Positions 23,445-32,650 of a stretch of 64,000 nt of DNA are shown one piece after another. The position numbers and the translations under genes were made by a program. Origin of the DNA: Selaginella moellendorffii (Eukaryota > Plantae > Lycopodiophyta); NCBI RefSeq assembly GCF_000143415.4, contig NW_003314333.1:496001-560000 (forward strand), written 5' to 3'. Each line of letters begins with the position of its first letter. Position 1 is the first letter of the stretch. The notes under the pieces are model-generated. The model did no database searches. It was not told the DNA's origin and saw nothing but the letters and a program-made list of their open reading frames with translations.

Positions 23445-23990
23445 ATGGCTAGCATCTACAATCTCTTCATCATCAACAAGTCTGGAGGACTCATCTACTA
23501 CAAGGTGGGAAGAACAAATGGTGTGAGTGAGAGCGATGGAGTAATTCTCTTCTCCTTGCGTGTGATCTAGGACTATGGATCCACAGCCAAGCTCGACACC
23601 AACGACAGCTTGAGGCTAGCGAGTCTCTGGCATTCGATGCACGCCATCTCCAAGCAGCTCTCCCCAACTCCTGGATGCACGGGAATCGAGCTCCTCCAAG
23701 CCACCGCCTTCGACTTACATTGTTTCCAATCTCTCACAGGTACTTGTATGCGATGGAAAACCTCTTTTTTTTCATTCTCGAGATGGATTTCTTGGCCAGA
23801 GACCAAGTTCTTCGTTGTAGCGGAATCAGGAGCCATCGGGATCGAGGCTCTCTTGAAAACCATCTACGAGCTCTACACCGACTACGTCCTCAAGAATCCC
23901 TTCTACGAGGTGGAGATGCCGATCAGGTGTGAGCTCTTCGATCTTCATCTCGCGCGGCTCATCTTGCGAGACAAGTCTGTGCTCGTCTGA
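23445..23990 (+). CDS. TRAPPC4: TRAPP complex subunit 4 (Trs23/synbindin); three exons
   Basis: MASIYNLFIINKSGGLIYYK | DY...TNDSLRLASLWHSMHAIS...CFQSLTG | TKF...YELYTDYVLKNPFYEVEMPIRCELFD. Confidence 0.95.
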
Positions 23991-23998
23991 CTCTTGTC

Positions 23999-26166
23999 TT
24001 AGGCTGTCACCTCGTTCTACCAAAACCAATCTTTTAGAAGGAAAAGAGAGAGATCTAATCTTGTTCTTGTACCTTTTCTGTCAATGACGATACAAGCGAA
24101 TTCAAGGTGCGAATTTCCTCGTTCATCTTGTAGATGATTCGCTTCCTGGGATCGTTCCCGACGGTGAGGACGCTCTGTATCCTGTTTGCTTTTGAGGCAT
24201 AGCGAAGCGTGCTCACACTCTCTTGAAAGTCCTGGAACAAAGAAAGAAAGAATGAAAAAAGAGTGATTTTCATTCATCCAATCCAGATAGTTTTACCTGC
24301 TCGGCCGGGGAGATGTTTGCGACCAGGAAGGTCTTGCTGTTTCCACCCAGAGAGTCTCTTAGCAACCAAGTGAGTGCCGAGTTTCTATACGATACGAAAC
24401 TCCTCCTCGACAGGTTGAGGATGACCTGCTTGAAAAAGCAAGCTCGTGAGAGATACAAGCATTCCTCTTTCTTACTTCGTTGAGTAGCGAGAGAGAACGA
24501 TTGATGCGCCTTGACTCCTCCCGTCTCTCAATTGGTATGCATTGCAATTTCTCGCTGCCTGAATGGAACAAAAGGATCAGACAGAGTTATCGCTGATAAC
24601 TCAGTGGACAAACCTGCTAGATCGACGAGGTTGATGTAGCACACAGAATGACCGGGCATTCCCTCCACGCTCTCGGGGTTTCTCTGCACGTAGGAAACTC
24701 ATTAGACACAAGGGAGCAACAGCCAGGAGATGAACTTCTCACCCTGATGATCTTGATTGTAAAGAGCGTGTGACTGCGGCTAGAGTTTTTGTAGAGCTGC
24801 GTATCACCTGTGATGCGGTTCAAGGAGCCAATCCTGAGACACTTCTCCATGTCTGACCACGTTGTAACTTCTTTCCACAAGAGCCCCTCTACATACGGTC
24901 CCGTGACGGGGTGCTCCCTCACTCGAAGAAACACCGTCCTTGCTCCATACGGGGAGGGAGCATTGAAAGAGAAGGACGAGAACTGATACGGTGCTCCCGG
25001 CGGCCTTTGCATAGCCATCCTTCTGTATGTTTCCATCCCTCCACCACCACAGCCCCCGCTCTCTGTTGTGTCCGTCTCTGATATCTCAGAGTCACTCGTG
25101 GACAAGTCATCGGCTCTTTCATAGTACCTCAGAGGAGCCGCACGAAGGCACATAGAGTCCACCAAGGTCGGTGGCTTAACTGTCGAGGCTAGAAGGTCCC
25201 GGACTTTTTCTTGATAAATCTCGAGATAGCTCACCTGTAAAACGTGTTCTATGTGATTGTCTGCCTTCGAAAATCATGGAAAGTGAAGAGTACCTCGATC
25301 GAACAAAAGCCATTCTTCAATTCCCAGCTTAGTTTGCTCATCAGAGCGCTGGCAAGTCTCGGGACCTGGCAGACGAAAACTGAGCTTGTTCATCCTTGAT
25401 GAAAACTAAAACAATCTGGAAAGCAGACTTACCAGTCCTCTACCTTCAGGAGTCCCGTCGCCAGTCATGCTGTACGTTTTCCCGGATCCCATTTGTCCGT
25501 AGGCCAGAATCTGCATCAACGCAGAACCACGGGTTAGTCGCCACCATTCCGCAGCAGCACAGCAGTCAGCTAAAGCAGAAGAATTCCTTTCCATTAGACT
25601 TGAAGAGGTCTCGGCAATACTGTTGAGTTGAAGCCTTCGAGCGCGTTGTCGATGGTTGGAACCCCGCAAACTTCAAACATCTTCTTCTGCGACTCATCTT
25701 TCTTGTCCTTTACATGAACTTGGAGGAAACTATCGTCCTGCACGTAGTCCACCTTAAACTGGAGATGTCCATTCTCTTGGCATTTCGGCCACTGAGGATG
25801 GACGTGTTCTTTCACAATCACCCTGTTCCCCAGAACGCACAGCACCTGTCATACCTCATCAGCTTCCGGAAAACTAAGAAGGAAAGCTACAAACTCTTAC
25901 TTGTTTCAGCGGGCAAATCTTCTCGTGTTCGTGGAATGGTCGCATTCTCACGCAAACTTTCACCTGGATGGACACACAAAGCTTGAGAAACAAATGGAAG
26001 CAGAGAAAGAAAAAATGACAAAGATCATACATACTTTCTCTTTGAGGTTGCCATCGCCGGAGCTGTTACTACTTCTAGCTGCTTGCGAGCCGCCAGAGGA
26101 GCCAGGAGTAGTACTCCCCGAATTCGAAGAGTTTGGAGTGCCTGTTCTAGGTGGCGGCGACGCCAT
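23999..26166 (-). CDS. Kinesin motor protein, kinesin-3-like, motor plus short neck only; multi-exon
   Basis: [93 protein letters not shown]. Ends at 24055 if unspliced, or at 23999 via a 56-nt intron (24017-24072). Confidence 0.88.
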
Positions 26167-26501
26167 TGAGCTCCAAACCCCAGCGGCGCCCTCGGTTGCC
26201 GCCGCCGGATGACCCGTCTCAAATCTCACAGTCCCAGGCACATTCTTCTTAAACTCGAAGATCTGAGGCGCCGAGAGCAGTGAATCCAGCTGGGTGATCG
26301 CAAGATTACCGTCATCCAGCGGCGCAGCCTCCACTTCCAGCTCCAGCGCCGCGCTCCTCCAAGAAACGGTTAAACGGCCGTGAATAACCACCAACCCTAA
26401 ACCTACGCGCCTGGTTTCTAGGGTTAGGGCTCCTTTAAAATTTAAATTTGAACGTGATGTGAGTTTCTTCTTCTTCGAGCGAAGGAATGAACGAAAGAAT
26501 G

Positions 26502-28532
26502 CTAGCATTGCATGGAATCGAACAATCGAGTCAGTGTTTGCTCCACCTCGGCGGCGCTAAATCTCACACTGGAGGCCTCAATGAGAGCGCCATAGCTCTG
26601 GAGATAGCTCCGATAGGCCGGGACGATGTTGTGGACGACGGCGGCCTTGGTCGCGTCTCGCAGCTCCTGGTCGGGGATCCCCACGCCCCGGTGCTTGACG
26701 CATGTCTCCTCCAGCGCGGCAGTGAAGCCATCCAGTCGCTGCTTCACCAGCTGCCGTGCCGCCTCCGCCCCCGACACGAGGAACAATCCCTGTCGGGAGA
26801 GCTGGCCCAGAACTTTGCCCCATCCTTCCTTCTGGTAGGCCAACGCGTGCTCCTGGACCTTGGATCGCCGGTCCTTGAGCCACGAATCCGTGAGCGCTAG
26901 CTGCCGGATCGTGTCGCCGCCACCGCCGCCACTCTTTGGCGGCTGGATCTTGAGCTTCTTGACGCGAGTGAAGACGTAGTAGGCGTTGTTCATGAGGAAG
27001 ATGCGCTGGTGGACGAGATCCTTGTACCACTTCCGGCTCTTGGCCGCCAGCGCGTCCTCCAAGCTCGCGATCATCTCCACGATTGCCTGCTCCAGGATGA
27101 GCCGCCGCTGCTGCTGGAATTCCCTGGGCTTGGCCGAGTTGATCAGCGGATTCGAGTCTTTCCAGCTCTGCTCGATCTGGAGGACCTGCTCCATGGTCTG
27201 GACGTAGCAGTCGGAGGTGACGGCCTTGACGTAGTTGACAACGTAGCTGCTAAGCTTGTCTACGCCCGCGTCTTGGGGAGCGCGGAGATCCACCATGTAG
27301 TGCTGACTTTGGTGTGATCGGATTAGCTGGTTCTTGAATCCCCAGAAGAGCTTGGACGCCGAATCCACCGCCAACTTGTGGAGCTCCCTCGCCCGGATCC
27401 TCACCTGGGTGGAGTACTCCCCTTTGCCGGCGAAGAGCTGCTGCGAGATTGTCACTCCAAGTTGCTGTAGCGTCGAGTACATGTCAAGCAGCTGGAAAAT
27501 CTTGTCCGGCCTCTGGAAAGTTTGATGTTGCTGCTGCCGGTCCCATCGCACGAAACTCTCGCCAAACTCGAGCAGCGTGTGCATTCCGGATGGTCCTGCG
27601 ATCCTTGCGAAGCACTCGTTCACCTCCCACGGCTCTAGCACGTCTCCGAAAACCTTGGAGCACAAGTCAATCTCGGCAGTGTAGACGATGGTGATGGCGG
27701 TCTCCAGGTGACCGTTCCACTCGAGGATCAAATCCTCCGACTGTAGCTGTTGCTCGTTGTCATGTTGTGGAGATTTCTTCCCGTAGCTGCGGATGATCCA
27801 GTCCACCAGTGACGAGCTCTGCCGAAGTTTCTTCACACGTTCTTGCTGGTAGACCCTTACACACCTCTCCAAGCCTCCCGCTACCAACACCACCATCTTC
27901 TTCAAGATCATCTGGAGCTTGTCCAGCGTTTGATGATCGCCCTCCAATGCCACCACCGCCAAAGCCTGCTCGCCCTTCCTCCTCCTCCTGGACGAATTCC
28001 TCCCCATCCTAGGACTCTTGCCCCCCTCGCTAGCGGAGCTGCAAGGATTGTAGTCGCAAACGCTAGAGCTTTCCCTTACCAGCCTTTGAAACTCCCCTTC
28101 CAGCTTGTCCGCCGCGATCTCCACCAGCCGCTGCTCGTCCTCGCCGCGGCAACCAGCAGCATTGCCCTGCAATTCCTCCAGCGCCGCCACCGCCGAGAGG
28201 TAGCCGGCAATGTCGAGCTGGGGATCCCCGCCCTCGATAGCCCTCTCCAGCCAGCGCAATCGCTCCAATCTCTCGAGCGCCAGCCGCGCGGCCGCTACCG
28301 CGGCATCGATGTGGCGATCTGCCCTGCTAGCCTGCTCTGACCTCTCTTGCAGCGGCGCGATCCTGGCGCGCAATGCGGGCAGCTTGCTCTCCATCCGCCC
28401 CAGCTGCGATTGGAGCGCCTCGAGGCCCGAGGCGAGATCTACAGCCTCGGCCATGGAGCGCGACAGCAGCTGGCTCCAGGAGATCAGCTGCTCCCGGTGA
28501 CGATCTACATTCCTCCCCAACCAATCATCCAT
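26502..28532 (-). CDS. EXO70: Exocyst subunit EXO70, G/I clade (EXO70I-like); intronless
   Basis: PDKIFQLLDMY, PQDAGVDKLSSYVVNYV, IFLMNNAYYV, IPDQELRD...IVPAYRSYL. Start codon uncertain (28571, 28532 or 28454). Confidence 0.9.
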   Translation of the reverse strand: MDDWLGRNVDRHREQLISWSQLLSRSMAEAVDLASGLEALQSQLGRMESKLPALRARIAPLQERSEQASRADRHIDAAVAAARLALERLERLRWLERAIEGGDPQLDIAGYLSAVAALEELQGNAAGCRGEDEQRLVEIAADKLEGEFQRLVRESSSVCDYNPCSSASEGGKSPRMGRNSSRRRRKGEQALAVVALEGDHQTLDKLQMILKKMVVLVAGGLERCVRVYQQERVKKLRQSSSLVDWIIRSYGKKSPQHDNEQQLQSEDLILEWNGHLETAITIVYTAEIDLCSKVFGDVLEPWEVNECFARIAGPSGMHTLLEFGESFVRWDRQQQHQTFQRPDKIFQLLDMYSTLQQLGVTISQQLFAGKGEYSTQVRIRARELHKLAVDSASKLFWGFKNQLIRSHQSQHYMVDLRAPQDAGVDKLSSYVVNYVKAVTSDCYVQTMEQVLQIEQSWKDSNPLINSAKPREFQQQRRLILEQAIVEMIASLEDALAAKSRKWYKDLVHQRIFLMNNAYYVFTRVKKLKIQPPKSGGGGGDTIRQLALTDSWLKDRRSKVQEHALAYQKEGWGKVLGQLSRQGLFLVSGAEAARQLVKQRLDGFTAALEETCVKHRGVGIPDQELRDATKAAVVHNIVPAYRSYLQSYGALIEASSVRFSAAEVEQTLTRLFDSMQC

Positions 28533-28721
28533 TCCGCGAGTGCTAGAACAAGAACACGCATACCACGCCACGCTCGCTTGGTCCTCGACCTAAATTCAAC
28601 AACCACCTCTCGTCTAGTCGCGCAGTCAACTCTCCCCAGTAAAGGCGTAGTAGATAATGCGATTTACCATTTTAGTAAAACTTGCTAAAAGAATTTTGTA
28701 AAATCAGATAGCAATATGCTA

Positions 28722-29240
28722 CTACTCGCGGATCTCGGGGCATATTCGTTCGTCGTCAAGAACAGGGGACCCCTTCTCTCCGGGAGGGAATTCGAGCGAG
28801 AGGTCCGATCCTTTCCCTCTGGGGTGGAAATCGAGCGTGAGGTCTGTTCGCGGGGGATTTCGCACGTAGACATTGAGCGATCGATCGTCCAGCCGAATAA
28901 TTCCGGACGTGTAGCCATATTGGATGCAGAGGACCCAGATATCCTGGATGGCTTCCATGAAATCGTAGAATGTGTGCGCGGTGACGCGAGGGACGCCCAG
29001 CATCACCACCACCGTCCCAAATCTGCCCTGGTACACATTTGGGGCATTTGGATGATCGAAGAGGAGGGCTTCCCAGGCGTAGGAGGCGGCGTAGCACATC
29101 TCGGACCGGCCTAGGCGATGGCCTTGCTCGTGGCGAAAGCACTGCAAGTGGGCGACTGAGGAGTATGCTGTGGCGGCGTGATGGTAGCGGTGCGTGAGCA
29201 CCCCGGCGATCAGAGTGACAACGAACAAGAGCTTTGACAT
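28722..29240 (-). CDS. Small putative secreted orphan protein, 172 aa; intronless
   Basis: Hydrophobic N-terminus MSKLLFVVTLIAGVL, four Cys, C-terminal 13-aa duplication DLTLDFHPRGKGS / DLSLEFPPGEKGS. Confidence 0.55.
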   Translation of the reverse strand: MSKLLFVVTLIAGVLTHRYHHAATAYSSVAHLQCFRHEQGHRLGRSEMCYAASYAWEALLFDHPNAPNVYQGRFGTVVVMLGVPRVTAHTFYDFMEAIQDIWVLCIQYGYTSGIIRLDDRSLNVYVRNPPRTDLTLDFHPRGKGSDLSLEFPPGEKGSPVLDDERICPEIRE

Positions 29241-29349
29241 GATCGTGTTGGGCACTTGATTTTCATCCAGGCTCTTAAACAACTGGGCGTGCGTTTGTCA
29301 ACAAAGAAGCGGGAGAATCGATGGTGGCCGTGAAAAGACAAATTGCCCA

Positions 29350-29985
29350 GTGTTTTCTTTGCAAGGAGCACATATGCCCGAAAAGGGCATAGATTTCGTC
29401 CATGGCATTTACCATGTTTTTGCCAAGACTGTCATGTTGATATCGTACTCAATCTGGACTTATCGATCAGGATCGAATGCTGCATATGCCCAAATCGGGT
29501 ATTATTATGAAGTCGTAGGGAGATGGCCGAGCCGGATCCTGTTTCGAAGAATATCATTTTCTTGGCTTAGACGCAAAGCGGGTAAATAGACAAGCAATGA
29601 TCGCCTATACAAGAGTCTCCTCAGGACGATGGCCGCAAATACCCAAACTGGTCATATTGATGAGGTTCCAGATAATGCCCTAGAACTATTCAGTCTCAGA
29701 CACTGCTCTTTTTTCATCTGTTACACAGCCTAAGAATATTATTAAAGAGAAGGAAGTGTTTTATTTAATTCCCAAGAAGAACTTTGTTCTTTCTACAGCA
29801 ATTCTTCAGCATACGCCAAAAATGGGCATCTTGAAAAAACTCTTTGATCGCACGACCCTGTCTCATGGAACGCTAGGCATGCACGGAAGAATTGTAGATT
29901 CCGAGAGGTTGTTTGGCAGTAACAGGAATGGAGTGATGAGATGTAGTGCAATATTGTTGATCAGAATCACTCAGTGTCTAAGGTG
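29350..29985 (+). pseudogene. Deletion-riddled PPR pseudogene related to the PPR at 30696
   Basis: 29790-29920 aligns to ~31480-31645 (gcatacgcc.aaaatgggcatcttga...ctctttgatcgc...tccgagagg.tgtttggcagta) with many short deletions and frameshifts. Confidence 0.8.
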
Positions 29986-30197
29986 AACCTTGGCTATTTT
30001 ATCTCTGTCTCAACGCTTCTTCTTTGTGCCATAGCCTCCTGAAGAAACAAACTTTTAGTTTCTACCTCAAAAGTCTCTTTGCTCCAACCCAAAATCTAGA
30101 GCTCAGAGAACACCTCTTACCTTCCCAGATGCGCGAGAAAGAAATAATGAATATGCTACGCGAATATTTTCGGAAGCTAGGGATACAATTCTACTCC

Positions 30198-30660
30198 ATG
30201 GCTTCATGGAATGCGGGCAGCAGTGCGCTCAAATCATGCTCGGCCCCGCTGCCTCGAGCGAGAATTCCCCCGGGCGTGAGAATGCCAGGTGAGAGAAGAT
30301 TCTTGCTTGGTTTGATTGATCGTGTCCTTGTCCTTGCAAGCAGTCATGGTGGCGGCTATGGCGACGAAGACTTGTCGCAATTGTAAGCAGCAATTCGATC
30401 CTCTTGCCAACAGCCCAGGAGCTTGCCGATTCCACACAGCACACTACGGTGGTAAGTTCTTCCTCGAGCTAGTTCTCTCTCTCTTTATAATCTTCGCCGA
30501 TCAAGGTGAGACCAAGAGGAAATTCGAGAGCGTGTACAAGGGAGGCACCATGAACACATCGGGCGCTGGTGAGATCTCTCACTACTGGCACTGCTGCGGC
30601 AGCCCAGACCCCTTCGATGCTGGCTGCCAATCCTCTCCTCATCTCTCGTATGACGATTGA
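30198..30660 (+). CDS. Small Cys/His-rich putative zinc-binding protein with transit-peptide-like N-terminus; three exons
   Basis: MASWNAGSS... | TCRNCKQQF...CRFHTAHYGG | ETKRKFESVY...YWHCCGSPDPFDAGC...PHLSYDD, with GT-AG introns. Confidence 0.8.
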
Positions 30661-30695
30661 TCGATCGCGATCTCCATCGGTCTAGACTCGCATGA

Positions 30696-32453
30696 ATGGA
30701 ACCGGCACTTGTCCTGGATCGCCAGGAATGCATCCGTCAGCTCAATTCGTGCAGGACTCTGGCCTCGGTGCGGCAAATCCATGCTCAGATTCTCGAATCC
30801 CAGATCGCCACCGATGATACCTTCGTCTTCAACAAGCTCATCGAGGTCTACGGCAAGTGTGGGGGTATCAAGCATGCCGAGGAGGTGTTCCAAAGCATGG
30901 ATTATTCGCGCGATTCCATCTCCTGGGATTTCATGCTCACTGCCTACTCGAGGAACGGGAACCTGGAAGAGTCGAAGCAACTCTTTGATAGGATGCCTCG
31001 TAAAGGACTCATTGCCTGGACTGTTATGCTGAGATCGTATGCTCAATCTGGGCTTATCGATCAGGCAAGAGAGATGCTGGATCGAATGCCAGAGCATGAC
31101 ACCACATCCTTAAACACGATGATTTCTGCATATGCCCAAAACGGGTATTTTGATGAAGCCGAGCTTTTGTTTAGTGAGATGCCTGTACCGGATCTTGTTT
31201 CGTGGAACACCATTCTCTCCGCTTACACACAAAGCGGCAGAATAGACCACGCAAAGATAGTGTTTTTCAAGATTCCACTCAGGACGCTGGTTTCCTGGAA
31301 CACTTTCTTGTCTGCAAATACCCAAGCTGGTAATATCAATGAAGTGTTGCTTGTGTTCCAGATTATGCCCGAGCACAATTCAGTCTCCTACACTGCTCTC
31401 TTGTCATCTCTTGCGCAAACCGGGCATCTGAGTGAAGCAAAGAGAGTCTTTGATTCAATGCCCGAGCAGAGCCTCGTTTCTTTTACAGCAATGCTTTCGG
31501 CATACGCCCAAAATGGGCATCTTGAGGGTGCGAGGGAGCTCTTTGATCGCATGCCGGAGCACGACTCCGTCTCGTGGAACGCTATGCTCTCTGCATATGC
31601 ACAAAACGGAAGGATGGGAGACTCCGAGAGGCTGTTTGGCAGTATGGCTCACAAGGATATAGTGATGTGGAATGCAATGTTGTGTGCGTATGCTCAAAAC
31701 GGGTATACTGATAAAACTCAAGAAATCTTCAACCAGATGCATCACCATAGCTTGGTCTCGTTGAATGCAATGCTTGTCGCCTATGCTTCTGCTGGAAGAG
31801 TCAGTGATGCACTAGCGCTGTTCGAACAGATGCCGGAGCGGAACGTCGGATCTTGGAATGCCATGCTTGCTGCATTTGGATGTGGACGAATAGAGGAAGC
31901 CAAGCATCAGTTTGACACAATGCCGGTGAGGAGCATGGGGTCGTGGACGTCGATGCTGGCTGCCTATGCCCAAAACGGGCATATCATGGAAGCCAAGAGG
32001 ATGTTTGACGAGATGCCTCAACACGATCTAGCCGCCTGGAATTCACTCCTCCTCGCCGCTGCTCAAGACGACGATCGAGAGCTCCTCAATCGTGTTTTCT
32101 TGGCGATGCCCCAGCGCGATACCAGATCCTGGGACATCTTCCTGGCAGCCCATTCTAGACCGATCGATCACGCCAACACGGCCTTGAAGATCTTCGAAAG
32201 GATGCCCGAGAGAGGTAGAGTTTCATGGAGCACAGCGCTGACCGCGTGCGCCCACGCCAAGCTTGCGGCGGTCAACCTATTCAACGCCATGAAGACCGTG
32301 GAGCCTCCGTGCGAGAAAGATTTCCTGGTCGCATTGGTCAATGCCCAAGATCTAGACGCTGCCCGGCAAATTTTCGTGTCGATTGCTTTTGACTATGGGC
32401 AAGAACCGACCACGCAACACTATCTAGCCATGGGCAAGAGAAAGTTTGACTAA
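30696..32453 (+). CDS. PLS-class PPR protein, truncated before the E domain
   Basis: Tandem 31-aa repeats that degenerate toward the C-terminus; ends QHYLAMGKRKFD* where VDLLGRxG is expected. Confidence 0.88.
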   Translation: MEPALVLDRQECIRQLNSCRTLASVRQIHAQILESQIATDDTFVFNKLIEVYGKCGGIKHAEEVFQSMDYSRDSISWDFMLTAYSRNGNLEESKQLFDRMPRKGLIAWTVMLRSYAQSGLIDQAREMLDRMPEHDTTSLNTMISAYAQNGYFDEAELLFSEMPVPDLVSWNTILSAYTQSGRIDHAKIVFFKIPLRTLVSWNTFLSANTQAGNINEVLLVFQIMPEHNSVSYTALLSSLAQTGHLSEAKRVFDSMPEQSLVSFTAMLSAYAQNGHLEGARELFDRMPEHDSVSWNAMLSAYAQNGRMGDSERLFGSMAHKDIVMWNAMLCAYAQNGYTDKTQEIFNQMHHHSLVSLNAMLVAYASAGRVSDALALFEQMPERNVGSWNAMLAAFGCGRIEEAKHQFDTMPVRSMGSWTSMLAAYAQNGHIMEAKRMFDEMPQHDLAAWNSLLLAAAQDDDRELLNRVFLAMPQRDTRSWDIFLAAHSRPIDHANTALKIFERMPERGRVSWSTALTACAHAKLAAVNLFNAMKTVEPPCEKDFLVALVNAQDLDAARQIFVSIAFDYGQEPTTQHYLAMGKRKFD

Positions 32454-32650
32454 ATAGGGTCATTCTTTTCGAATGGTTGACCAGAAAAAATGGGGTCAAA
32501 GAAAGGAAAAAAACAGACAAAGAAGGGGCAAAAAAAAAAAAGTCGTAGGCTCGGCGGTATTTGGGCTGGCTCGGTACCGAGGCTCGAGCCAATGGCTGGC
32601 CTTTGCCAGAGCGAGCTCATAGGGTTGTCCGCTAATTGCGCGGAAAGGAA

